A stretch of 63,113 nt of DNA, counting the filler, from Stramenopiles sp. TOSAG23-3 (taxonomy: Eukaryota), in NCBI GenBank assembly GCA_900128585.1. It is 42 parts of 42 records of this genome, joined end to end, with 100 filler letters (N's around TTAATTAATTAA, not from the genome) between each part and the next. Parts side by side here need not be neighbours in the genome. Positions count along the whole stretch, not along the records: positions 22,707 to 24,113 come from LT645895.1; positions 24,214 to 25,619 come from LT645896.1; positions 25,720 to 27,125 come from LT645897.1; positions 27,226 to 28,631 come from LT645898.1; positions 28,732 to 30,137 come from LT645899.1; positions 30,238 to 31,643 come from LT645900.1; positions 31,744 to 33,148 come from LT645901.1; positions 33,249 to 34,653 come from LT645902.1; 34 more parts are not named here. The stretch is one strand, 5' to 3'. The number at the start of each line of letters is the position of its first letter. Positions within the stretch are counted from its first letter, which is position 1. Below, one piece after another: positions 23,326 through 34,753 of the stretch. Under the pieces are notes generated by a model that did not search any database, was not told the origin of the DNA, and worked only from the letters and a program-made list of their open reading frames with translations. Position numbers and translations under genes: made by a program.

Positions 23326-24213
23326 AATGTTTTTTAATTTGTGTCTACTTTCTGTGCACAGATAGGTTTAATCTATAAGAATGAATTTCGATCTAAATCA
23401 TAGGCAACTTTATGGATCGTTTCAATGGCTGTGCCAGGATTTTCGTTTTCCCCCAACAATACGGTGGTTTAGTTTTCGCTTTATTGGAAATAGTTACTTC
23501 ATCAGTCAAAGAAGAAGTAAAATTGTGATGGGGAGAGATTGTTAATCATAATTGAGAGTTAAATACTTACGTAGTTAAATAAAGTTTTGGTAGATAGAGT
23601 TAATATCGTATCTAAAGTAGGCTTAAGGGGAGTTCGGCTTCCTTAAGATTATTGTGCAGAATGTGCTGAGTTTAATGTTGAAATTATGAGAATGTTATTT
23701 GGTTATAATAAAAGTTATTATTATGTAGTATTTAATTTATCTTCTTCTTCTTCAACAGTTTCTTTCGTTTTGCGAACATCCTTCTTCGCACACACGTTCG
23801 GTCTGGACTATGAGTACCATATCCGACGGGCGGTACGTGCGTTGGTACGTACGGTACATGTTCGCTTCTTACGAATGTATCGCCTACTATTCTCATATGT
23901 TGGAGAGATTAAGCTCCTGCGAATGGCTGTGTTCACTCACAGCTTTGGTAGAACTAATAGATCCGGTAGTTTTCCCTTTGTTTAAGGGGCCGGTTTTCGC
24001 GCAATGGTTGGCTCTCGTTCTTCGGCGGTGCAGTATATCTTCAAAGAAATGTTAATTAATTTTCGGTGTAAAAGCGTAGGAAGTAAATTTCAACATAAAC
24101 TTACAACAAAAAANNNNNNNNNNNNNNNNNNNNNNNNNNNNNNNNNNNNNNNNNNNNTTAATTAATTAANNNNNNNNNNNNNNNNNNNNNNNNNNNNNNN
24201 NNNNNNNNNNNNN

Positions 24214-25551
24214 GCGAGACATCAAGTTCAACAGTGAGCACACGATTCTATTGACCGGGCTGATCAAGCCCCACACGCCCCGTATCGAGAAGATAACGTG
24301 CTCGAAGATGCTCATGCACATGCCGCTGAAGCGATTGTCCCTGTCCAGTACATCACACACGGAGACTAAGACCACCTCGACCAGGGCACGGTCGCCGGAA
24401 AACCCCGACAGGTTTGGAAGAATAAAAGCCTCTGGCATCGCCGACATGAACTGCAGGATTCCCTTGAGAGAAATGTTAACAATTTGCTCGTCGTCCGTGT
24501 AGCAACCTACCAGGAACGGTCGCAGTCTATCAAATACAAACGTCGGCGTGTTCAGGTACTGCACGGCGTTCCACAGGCTCCGCACCGCAGTCGCCCGCAG
24601 CCGGTCCGCCGGCCCGATGACGTCCACGGAGTACGCCACCCCGCGCCGCGAAACCACGGGCGCGGCGATCTCGTTGTCCGTGGACCGGGCAGAGTCGGTC
24701 CTCAGCCGCGACGACGACCGCCGCGGGGTCGGGCTTGCCGCCCCGCTGCGCTGGGTGCACGCGTGCAGCAAATGGGACACGTCGACCCGGATGGCGATTT
24801 GCAAGGCTGCGCCTTTGGTGTGCCCCAGAAACTCAACCTCGTGTCCGCACGGTGTGGTGGACAACCTCATCGAGTCCGCGCTGGGTTTCTCTTTCTTGCT
24901 CACGGCTACCAATTCTGCGGAAACTATGGGCGGGCTATCGAAGCCTCGCTTTACATACACGTGTGCCCTCCGCTGGGTCGCACCCCGCCCGACCAGCAAG
25001 GCCGGCGCTGCCGGGGCGTGGACGTGCCCGGAGGACAAAAACGGGACCAGTTCAAACCCATGGGGAACTATGTCGTCGTCCATTTCTAAAACTACCACCA
25101 TCCCGGTCAACGGCGCCTTGCTGCCTTCCCGCTCTACGCACAGGCACATGTTTGGAGCGCTGCTCTGAAACTTACCGAACTCCGCCGGCACCCGCCCGCC
25201 CACGGAGCTGGTTATTTTCTCAAAGCCGGGCGGCGCCGGGTCCGACTTTGGGACAAAAATGGCGTCAGTTATTTTTCCTTTCGGGGTCCACTGCACGGTC
25301 ACCGGGCTCTTGCTGCCGCCAGATTTTTGGCCCCGTTCTTCTCCTGTGGCGTCGTCGTTCTTGTTCGCCTTGGCGACGGGGGCGGACGCGTACCGAGTCA
25401 GGCCGCCTGGGGAGAGGAGCATCGAGTCGTTGCCGGCCTCTTTCGCACTTCGTCGACACTTGTAAAGCTGAGACCACCTCGCTCGGTCCGTCGCATCCTC
25501 AAGAGATGAGAGCATGCCAGAAATCGTCTTTTGATTGTTTTCTGCGGCCAT
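24214..25551 (-). CDS. MABP beta-prism domain followed by a DCB-like (Sec7/BIG/Mon2 N-terminal) helical region, 3' partial
   Basis: ITDAIFV..APPGFEKI..G, PLTGMVVV..VPHGFELV, PPIVSAELV; then LRPFLVGCYTDDEQIVNISLKGILQFM..LVEVVLVSVCD. Confidence 0.6.
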
Positions 25552-25719
25552 GGTTGCCGTCTATCCGTTCGCCACCAAACACCACACACACAAATACTCG
25601 CACGGTAGGCCGACACAACNNNNNNNNNNNNNNNNNNNNNNNNNNNNNNNNNNNNNNNNNNNNTTAATTAATTAANNNNNNNNNNNNNNNNNNNNNNNNN
25701 NNNNNNNNNNNNNNNNNNN

Positions 25720-26423
25720 TTCTTCAGCAACTTGTACAACATCCCGTTCGCGCAGTACTCCAGCACCAAGTACGCGTGGGATTCGTCTACAAAAAAACCA
25801 AACAGGCGGCAGATGTTCTGGTGCGTCATCCGCGACTGAATCTCAACTTCGCGCCGCAGCTGAAAGATGGCAAGTTTGCCCCCTTTCACAATCGAAGACT
25901 TGAACAAGACCTTCAGCGCCACGTTCGTCGCGGTCGCCTGCTGAGTGGCCAAGTAAACGTTACCAAACTTGCCTTTTCCAAGCGCCCGACCCACACTAAA
26001 CTGGTTCCTGCACCACGACGTCGGCTCAACCACGACGTCATCAGTGTCATCCGTTTCAATTTCCATCGGTGTGGAAGAGACCGGCGTGTTCGTAGAGGCC
26101 GAGCCAGAGGACAAAATCGAGGATACCGACAGCTTGCTGCTCACGCTGACGTTGATTCGTAACGGGGGGCACAGCCTCGACGGTCCGCCGCCCTTTCCAC
26201 TCTTGGAGGACTTTTGAAACAAACTTTTGAACAGATTCATGCTCGCCTGCTTGGACGTTGTACAACTTTTAGACTTTGACGTGTTGACAGGGTCGGCGTT
26301 CTCTTCACCGCTGGCCGTGGCGTTCTCTGTGACTGCAACCCTCAGCGCTGACCCGGAAGACACCCGTCGCGGCGTCCCAGAGATCCGACGCTTGTTCCGA
26401 GTTAGCTTTGGGGAGAACATCAT
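25720..26423 (-). CDS. AURK: Aurora kinase, 3' partial
   Basis: FSVGRALGKGKFGNVYLA, VALKVLFK, QLRREVEIQS, LVLEYCANGMLY. Confidence 0.93.
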
Positions 26424-27225
26424 CGTGCTGCAGAAATCGGGAAGGGGAAATGAAAATACCCGTTGGGATCCTCACGATTTGGCTGAGGGGAGGAAAAAAG
26501 TAAGGTATGTTGGAGATGAGTGGCGTTTAAACAGTTTCGTTCATTTTGATGTTGATGGTTGTCGATCGTTAATGATTGTTGTTAAGAAAGTTATACTAAA
26601 AAACGGTAGTAAGAAGTGACCCCATGGTTTGACTAACTAACAATGCTGTCCCTGAATCTTTTCAATTATTATAAATAAAAGGGGCATAGCATTCATTTTC
26701 AAAGGTGAACGTTTGAGAAGAGGAATTTAATTAACATGAATATACAAAACAATAGGAATACAGCATCTAATTGAGTAATATATCATAGGTTTATAAATCT
26801 ATTACACTACCAGTAAGACTAATTAAGTAAGAAAGAAAACGCAAATATTGTGAACATAACATACATACAGGATGTATAATACATCATACAGCATCTATCA
26901 AACATAATACAGCATATAACATACATCACATAAATCCCTCCTATATTTACATATTCATATCATTACAAAGGCCATCATCCATCGATCGGCCAAAGATCTT
27001 TTTTTTCTTCTTTCTTCTTCTTCTTTCTTCTTCTTCTTATTATTATTTCTTCTCTTTCTCCTTTCTGTATTTTGTTAACTTTCAAAAGGGACTACGAAAA
27101 TTGGTGAACGGACAGAATGTACAAANNNNNNNNNNNNNNNNNNNNNNNNNNNNNNNNNNNNNNNNNNNNTTAATTAATTAANNNNNNNNNNNNNNNNNNN
27201 NNNNNNNNNNNNNNNNNNNNNNNNN

Positions 27226-28039
27226 CTAAAATCTGCGTCTGCCGACGAACCAAGGCCCTGTCTCCCAGCTCCCAGTCTTGTCCTACCTCTATCGGCTCCC
27301 CAAACTCGACCAGCACGTCGCTGCCGACCGCTTTGTCACACTCGAACGCGAGGTGGGTCGGCACGATCAGGATACGCCGATCCAACGGGAGCCTTTCCCG
27401 GGCAAGGATTCCCACCCTTACCGCCCCCGTATGAACTTTCCCAATGTACGGGTGAAGCTCTTTGCCCCCTCCCGCGGCCAGCCAAACAGGGGTGCACGTG
27501 CAGAGGCAATCTACAATCGTCGCAAACTGTTCGGCATCGCTGGGGAAACGGCCCTGGACGCCCCCCTTTGCCTGGCGCTTCTTTCTGTAGTTTCCAGAAG
27601 TTACGTGCAGGCTTTGCTCGATCCTTCGCTTCGTAACGGACCCTACGGCGACGACACACTTGCACGCTGGAACAAGGTACTGCATCGTCCGGCGGTCGGA
27701 GAGCCCCGCGGGGTGGTTCGAGGCAAAGATAAAAACGGTCTTTTTCCGCTTTAAAACGTTCCAAGGGTCTCTGACATTCAACGTTCGAAAGTAAAACCAG
27801 TACAAAAGGGACACGACAAACTTGTGGTACAATGTCCAAACAAAAATGTACGCGCCGCCCGGCAGGCCCACTACGGTACAGAACTTTTCAAACGCGTATC
27901 CTAGAAATTCAAACGGCAAAAGAAAAACACACGATATGATTAAAGAGCGGAGGTCCAGCCTTGCGTTCCGCAGCATCTTAATTTTTTTCAAAATATCATA
28001 CTTTGCGTCGGGCTTTCTCTGGGACGCCCACTTTCCCAT
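27226..28039 (-). CDS. Glycerolipid acyltransferase (GPAT/PlsC superfamily), divergent, 3' partial
   Basis: N-terminal TMs; SNHPAGLSD; TGAVRV; IVPTHL; VLVEFGEPIEV. Confidence 0.75.
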
Positions 28040-28270
28040 TTCGACGTTTCACCGACCGACCGTCGCTCGCAGAAGTTTCCTTGTGCGTTTGTATATATGT
28101 GTGGGTACATGCGTGCCTGTGCGTGTTCCTTCCACCTACAGTTTTACGATCCCAAAATTATACGCTAGATTGGTGAACGTCAAATCGTCCATGCATGCAC
28201 TTCTGGTCGGCGGTTCCAATACTTGTTCATCTCCGTTTTCAAGTTCGAATCCGAAACGACTTGAACAGTG

Positions 28271-28631
28271 TCATTGAAACACTTTGAAAGTGGGACAAAT
28301 GCATAAAATTAACGAATAATGTAATGCTCTGTATCCATCATATTGTAAGATCAAAATATCATAAACTACAAAAGATTTACTCAGTACAATACATTTGAAT
28401 GAAAGGAAACCAAAATCAAAGAAATGGTTGAAGGTCGTACCCGTTCTTTTCCAAGGCACGACGCACGGTCTTGGCAACGTTGACGGCGTTGGGGGAATCC
28501 CCGTGGACGCATATGGTGTGAAGTTTTGGTTCGGCGGCCAGTAGAAGGGCTTGCTCGGCGGCTTCTTGTGGGTCATGGATGACTGCGCCTTCCTTCTCAC
28601 GGGACCGAAGCTGATCCCCGTCGTACCGTCG
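28271..28631 (-). CDS. 3' fragment of an unidentified gene
   Basis: GC-rich frame from the contig edge; true 3' end uncertain. Confidence 0.35.
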
Positions 28632-28888
28632 NNNNNNNNNNNNNNNNNNNNNNNNNNNNNNNNNNNNNNNNNNNNTTAATTAATTAANNNNNNNNNNNNN
28701 NNNNNNNNNNNNNNNNNNNNNNNNNNNNNNNTAATTCTCTCTAGCATAGTCCTCCGCCGTCTATGGGTCTCTAAAGTTCACGTACGCCCCGGCCGCAAGC
28801 TCACGCGCTGCACTCTCCAACTGCCCACACATGGCGTAACGGCGTAGCTTTACGCACTACATTCTAAAGACAGCCCGATCCTTTTCAA

Positions 28889-29644
28889 TCAACCCTCCTC
28901 GTCGACCCCTTCTTCTTCGGCGTGGTTGAAAGGGAACGTATCGCTCATATATTCTTGATTATCTCTTCGTAAACCTTCCACTCCTCCAAACACGTCTTCC
29001 AAGTCGTACACTATGGCTTTTGATAGTGCTTGGAGGGCCTCCTCTTTCGACAGTCCGAACAAAGGGAAGGTCAGCACCTGCACCCTCTCAATACCCCGGG
29101 CTTCCCGGAGCACAGGCCTTCCCCTTGATCCCTCCCCTTCACTATCGTCAGATTCTTCTTCTTCTTCCTCTTCTTCCTCTTCCTCTTCTTCCTCTTCTTC
29201 CTCCCTGGCTTCAACCTTGTAATCGACAAAGTCTCCGACCAAACGGCATTTAAGAATCACATTACACTCGTCCTGATCTACCTCTGTGCTAAGTATCACG
29301 CCTTTCCCTTTACACCACTCTTTCGTGAACTTGTTTCGTTCTTTGTACCGAAATTCAAACGGAGCTGGCGGCTCGATCCTGTTGCCAGTCTCGTCCGTGT
29401 CTTGGCCTGTCACTAGCAGCATAGAAGTAAAGTATCCGGCGGATTTAAAGTACATTCCAGTCGGCAGCATATTGGTAGTGTCTCCTTGTCTCGGAAAGGA
29501 GAACTTCCGGTTAATTTTGAAGTTTTTAAGAATATGTAGTCGTGGATGAGGCAATGAATATATTTGGATCATCAATTTTTTGCATATTATAATGAATATG
29601 AGTAATAATAACCCCAACCCTGATGATTGTAAAAAAAAGCTCAT
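28889..29644 (-). CDS. Hypothetical protein with a poly-Glu tract (start uncertain)
   Basis: 251-aa ORF; the 5' part is AT-rich and may be non-coding. Confidence 0.55.
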   Translation of the reverse strand: MSFFLQSSGLGLLLLIFIIICKKLMIQIYSLPHPRLHILKNFKINRKFSFPRQGDTTNMLPTGMYFKSAGYFTSMLLVTGQDTDETGNRIEPPAPFEFRYKERNKFTKEWCKGKGVILSTEVDQDECNVILKCRLVGDFVDYKVEAREEEEEEEEEEEEEEEEESDDSEGEGSRGRPVLREARGIERVQVLTFPLFGLSKEEALQALSKAIVYDLEDVFGGVEGLRRDNQEYMSDTFPFNHAEEEGVDEEG

Positions 29645-30026
29645 GATGAAAAATAATATAATACCAAGAAGTAATAATAATAATAATAAAAAAAAATGAT
29701 GAAGCTAACTACACTCCTCGTATAATAATAATACTATTCTACAATTAATAAGCTTATTACTAATATAAAAATATGCTTAGTATAGTCTAATAATTATCCA
29801 TCCTCGTAGTTGGCTACCGGTACTACCTTGGTACCAATAAAAAATAATAAAAACTTTAGTCGTCGTCTATTATATTATTATTACTAATACTATTTAAATG
29901 TTTTTTACTAACAACTTACAAACACTTGCAATAACACATATGTAGTATATTTAATCTTCGTGAATAATTTACTCTTATACGCCCAGAGTGATAATAATAA
30001 GATTCGCTGTCGGTTGATGAACGTTT

Positions 30027-30137
30027 TTACCTTCTTCCAACGATTTGGTCCCAATTGCTCACCATGATTTTACTGCAGCACGCAAGTGCTTGAGTTTGCA
30101 CCCCGTCGTCTTCGTGCTCCAGGAGAGCCATCACTAA
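30027..30137 (-). CDS. ATP6V1H: V-type ATPase subunit H, last 36 aa (absent from the ORF track)
   Basis: Manual translation LVMALLEHEDDGVQTQALACCSKIMVSNWDQIVGRR* resembles the conserved subunit H C-terminus. Confidence 0.75.
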   Translation of the reverse strand, partial: LVMALLEHEDDGVQTQALACCSKIMVSNWDQIVGRR

Positions 30138-30458
30138 NNNNNNNNNNNNNNNNNNNNNNNNNNNNNNNNNNNNNNNNNNNNTTAATTAATTAANNNNNNN
30201 NNNNNNNNNNNNNNNNNNNNNNNNNNNNNNNNNNNNNGTTTCGTGGTCGTATACACATACAGATGTAAGTGTACCTTCTGGGAATCCTAAACGGCTAGGC
30301 CGGTCAGCGATTTCCATGACATATTCGTATGTCACTCCCAAGTTCTGGTCAAGATTCCAACTGGCAAGTAAACAGCGGCATAAATGCTTTTGAAGGGCTC
30401 GTTGTCTGTTGTACTGCTCTATGAAATAATGATCGGCATTTAAAAGAAATAATTTTTT

Positions 30459-31643
30459 TTATGCAATCTCCTCCAGTGCTATTGCATGGACAGCTTGACT
30501 AGACTTTCGTCGGCGTAAATACAAGATGCACGTGACTGCTACAATCAGGCAAGTCCCCGTAGCGAGCACTATCAGCGACAAAACAAAGGTTACCTCGCCA
30601 CAATCACAACGCACGGAACTGTCATGCCCGACTATGCTGTCTTCATACCCGGTCATATTGCCATTATTTTTTGCGCAAATGGCAGTCGTTTCGCATTGGC
30701 CCCTTTGCACTTGGTATACCATGGCAGACAGGCAGACATTAGCTGAAAGCAAATAAACAGACGTCCTGAATATATTCAAATGGCTGACTAGACAAGGCTG
30801 GATCACGTGATTAGAAATTGCCAGTAGTGTACAAATAATAAATTGTGGAACGAGAACAGCTGCCCATTCATCCTGGTAAAAAATCGAAAATCCTATCATA
30901 AGCAGCTCGGCTTGATGTTCCATAATTAAAAACGACTGGTCGAATTTAATGTCCAACGCTTTATTGTTGAATTGGAAGTTTGGGGCAAGCAAAGTGGCCA
31001 GCGGGTAAAACCCGACCAGAGCCATCGCTGCCGCAACCATGTAAAATATATGCGTTGGATGCGACAGATTAAAACACTCCAAGGGCTCCGAGCTTTCATC
31101 ATCCGCAGAGAGAGTGTATTTAATGTAATCCCAGGATTCAGTATCGTCCACCTTACAAGAAAAAACACTCACAAGCATAAACATTATACCAAAGTATAAG
31201 TAGTCATTAACAGCATTGAGAACAAAGTTGTATATCCCGTCGCGCGAGCAGCATTTTTTTATTTCTTGGCCGTTTTCATCGAGACCAAACGTTCCCTTCT
31301 TAAGGGCTCGAAGAGCCTTAATAGAATAAAACGGATAGATAAACGCAATACAGACGGACACCCAAAAGGAAATATGAAAGGAGTTTTTTATTGGCAACCT
31401 TAACGTTGGCAACCTGAAGAGCGGTATCAAAATACTTGGGCCTATGTTCACGTTTTCCACGGGAAAATGGTTGGAAGCAATGCTTAAGTATTGGTACAGC
31501 GTTACCAGCAGACCTACATGAAATGTTCTAACGTTGTCCGTGACTTTCCAATCTACCTTCACCTCATTTGGTTCAGAATTTATCCGGGCATCGTTCTCAT
31601 GCCTCAAGACCTCAGCTTTCAAAACATTTAGTACCGAATTTGA
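30459..31643 (-). CDS. Multi-pass membrane protein, 5' partial
   Basis: About 7-8 hydrophobic helices with Cys-containing loops. Confidence 0.75.
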   Translation of the reverse strand, partial: SNSVLNVLKAEVLRHENDARINSEPNEVKVDWKVTDNVRTFHVGLLVTLYQYLSIASNHFPVENVNIGPSILIPLFRLPTLRLPIKNSFHISFWVSVCIAFIYPFYSIKALRALKKGTFGLDENGQEIKKCCSRDGIYNFVLNAVNDYLYFGIMFMLVSVFSCKVDDTESWDYIKYTLSADDESSEPLECFNLSHPTHIFYMVAAAMALVGFYPLATLLAPNFQFNNKALDIKFDQSFLIMEHQAELLMIGFSIFYQDEWAAVLVPQFIICTLLAISNHVIQPCLVSHLNIFRTSVYLLSANVCLSAMVYQVQRGQCETTAICAKNNGNMTGYEDSIVGHDSSVRCDCGEVTFVLSLIVLATGTCLIVAVTCILYLRRRKSSQAVHAIALEEIA

Positions 31644-31769
31644 NNNNNNNNNNNNNNNNNNNNNNNNNNNNNNNNNNNNNNNNNNNNTTAATTAATTAAN
31701 NNNNNNNNNNNNNNNNNNNNNNNNNNNNNNNNNNNNNNNNNNNAGAACAAACGAAGAAGAAGATAGAAA

Positions 31770-31802
<33 letters not shown>

Positions 31803-32340
31803 CAGAAAAGAAAGAAAAGGATAAAATTATGTCTTCAGACTATTCCTATATTGTACCAATACATTTTAATAAATACAGTTCTAACAGTTCACCCCATTGT
31901 ATTCTGTTTATTTTTTTGAAGAAAATAATAATATTATAATTCAACAATTGTTTTTATTGTATTTTTTTTTTATTATTATTTATTTTACTTGATGACTATA
32001 AAATAGTAGTATTATTATTATATTTTATTATTATTATTATTGATGATTGAAGTATAATATATATTATCACAATTAATGTGAAGTCGTCTTCAAAACAAAG
32101 TGGATGGCGATTGATAGTCTTCTTTGATAGAGAGAGAGAGAAAGTGGATGAATGAATAAGTTGAGAGAGGTAAGTGTTCCCTTTTGGTTAGACTGGATTG
32201 TTTTCTGTTGTTTTCCCTCCCTCCCTCCCTCCCTCCCTCCCTCCTTCCCTTCTTGAAGAAAGCAATAGAGCTCGTTCCCTTCTTGGTCGGTTCGACGTTG
32301 TTGTTGTCCAGCTTTTATTTTTATTGTTGAGACGACGCCG

Positions 32341-33148
32341 ATGGAGTCGAAATATGGGCAAAAAGACCGTGATGTTTTTCAGAAGCCGTCCGGGGACTTT
32401 CAAGAGATGCCCGACATAGAAGACGAGGACCCGAAAGAACTTGTAAATGAAACGATAGAGCTGTTCAAGGGGGAGCAACAATTCATAGACGCCCACGTTC
32501 AGAAAGCAGAGGCGAAGAGGAAGCAAAAGGAAGCCGAGCGGAAGACGATCCAGCTCGGCCTGATGCGGGAGAAAGAGAAGCGGCTGGACGCGCACCATGC
32601 TACACTATTCCTAGAGTCCTCGTTCGAAGACGACGGGCTGGACATAGAGACGGGGTATGTGTACGACCGCCTGCTCGCCCCGGGCGACTTGCTCCTGCAG
32701 TTCTTGGCCCCGAAGGAGAAGGACAATGCGCCTCGCCCGGACGTCCCGAGCCACGTGCTGGCGCGGCAGCAGCAGCGGAAGAACCTGAAGCGCCTCCGCA
32801 TGTGGATGCCGGACACCGTGGTCTACTGCGGAGTGGACGGGCCCTTCTGGCTGTTCTCCCACCGTAATGGGCTCCTGTACCGGACCCAGAAGTTTGAAAC
32901 CTCCTTGATGATCTCCAAGCTGGGGAGCCGAAAGTTTCCAGAGGACCCGATCTGCCTACACAAGGAGAGCATCCTGGTACCGGCCTCGGTGCCCCCGACC
33001 GACCCCCCCGAAGTTCGCATTCCACGGGAACAAGACCGCCGTCGTGAATACGCTGGAGCTCGAGCGCCTCGTCGAAACGTTCTCCAACGCGAAAGAGGAC
33101 AGCGTCAGCGTCATCCAGCGGTTCATCAAGTGCAAGGGCCCCCAAGCG
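32341..33148 (+). CDS. Hypothetical protein, 3' partial, with a frame change near 32977-33013
   Basis: High GC3; the protein-like continuation FAFHGNKTAVVNTLELERL..VIQRFIKCKGPQA lies in the +1 frame. Confidence 0.65.
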
Positions 33149-33248
33149 NNNNNNNNNNNNNNNNNNNNNNNNNNNNNNNNNNNNNNNNNNNNTTAATTAA
33201 TTAANNNNNNNNNNNNNNNNNNNNNNNNNNNNNNNNNNNNNNNNNNNN

Positions 33249-34347
33249 GAATACGGTCACCCCAAAAGAAACTGCGAAACCGCTTCAACCGCTCTCCGAA
33301 AAGCAAAAACACACACACAGCTAACCCAAATCCAAAATGCAAAAACGCTGTGCCGTACAAGTAAGAACTAACGTATTCGTCCTGCTCGTCCGCCTCCTCA
33401 CTCACAAGATTCCCATAATCATAGAGGAGCGAGTTGGCACTCCAGAAAATAAGGTACAAGGGGAACGTCAACGCCGCCATCCCCGAAATATGAAAGATGT
33501 AAATCTTACCGTTCGTAACCCAGTGGTCATAGTACTTCTGCATTTTTCTTTGGTAAATGCTGGTATGTGCCAGCTGTTTCTTCCGCAGTGCCGCTTTCTG
33601 TCTCTTTTTTTCTAACAGCTTATTGTTAATAGTTCGCTGAAGAATGTCGTGGTGCATCGCATCAAGAGACTTCATACTTGATCGCTCAGGGTATCTCCAA
33701 GCGTTAAATTTCTGCTTTAAATTTTGAAGTATACTTACACTCTGTGCCTCTTCCGTTGTTCCGAAATCAACGTTTGTGTGAAGCTCTAATCCGAGGTCCG
33801 ACCATCTGTTATCTTTTAATAGACCTGCGCGCACAAACATGGAGTGATGTTCTATCTGAAGCGCTAAAATTTTCCGATAACGCTTGTCTACATCCCTAAA
33901 TGCATTTAATAAAATGCACCTAGGGTCTTTTGGGTTTGTTATGTACGCATCCTCCAGAGCCCGTTTGTAAGACTTAAACGCAGGGAAAATTTCATTCTTT
34001 ATTCGAGAAAACATATCAAACAATTGTATTTCCGTTCTACTCTGAAATCTGTCCATGGCATCCGACAATACCCTTATCGCCTCTTCTCGCCCTGGGGTTA
34101 AACTGCTTTCAAGAAGAGTATCGGGGTTGCCGAACTTCTCCGTGACGTCTGTGAGTATCAGCTCGTCTTCACTATTTAAAATATACATTGGGCGACCATC
34201 TGAGGTCAAGCGCAAGTTTTCGTTGGTCTTATTCGCCTTAGGCAGTTCCGCTTCCAAGTCATAACTTTCTAGATTCACTAACCACGACGCCTCGTCCATC
34301 ACATCCTCTATCTCTGCGGTCTTTTCTTCCTCTTGAAGGTCCGACAT
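33249..34347 (-). CDS. Membrane protein with a long soluble N-terminus, 3' partial
   Basis: Over 360 codons; two TM helices near the contig end. Confidence 0.7.
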
Positions 34348-34428
34348 GTTCGAACCGGAAGACCTGAAGTTTTAAGATCTCCTTCTGTGGTACTCTAACG
34401 GCGCAAACGCCAATCGCAAATGCCTGGG

Positions 34429-34480
34429 GGAAATTAGTACAGAATTTACCGTTAGGAAATTAGTACAGAATTTACCGTTA
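34429..34480. repeat. Perfect 26-nt tandem duplication
   Basis: GGAAATTAGTACAGAATTTACCGTTA x2. Confidence 0.95.
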
Positions 34481-34753
34481 CTTTGTCTTCTGGGTGTTCA
34501 TATTCCGTTGGGATAGCTTCCCGGGTTCCACTTGCAACAGTAGCAATGACCAATTACCCCTGTTACGAAGACCTAAGTATTTCAAAACGTTTACTTAGTG
34601 TGGCAAGAAATGAAAAATATAACAATGTATTATTTATTAAAATTATTATTATTNNNNNNNNNNNNNNNNNNNNNNNNNNNNNNNNNNNNNNNNNNNNTTA
34701 ATTAATTAANNNNNNNNNNNNNNNNNNNNNNNNNNNNNNNNNNNNNNNNNNNN

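Noticed and set aside
28740-28850. Ankyrin-like peptide on the minus strand (LRRYAMCGQLESAARELAAGAYVNFRDP*)
   Set aside because: Very short and bounded by stops; cannot be distinguished from chance or a decayed fragment
30317-30334. TGACATA-TTCG-TATGTCA hairpin as a structured ncRNA
   Set aside because: A single 7-bp stem, absent from the homologous copy at 55830, with no other RNA-gene features
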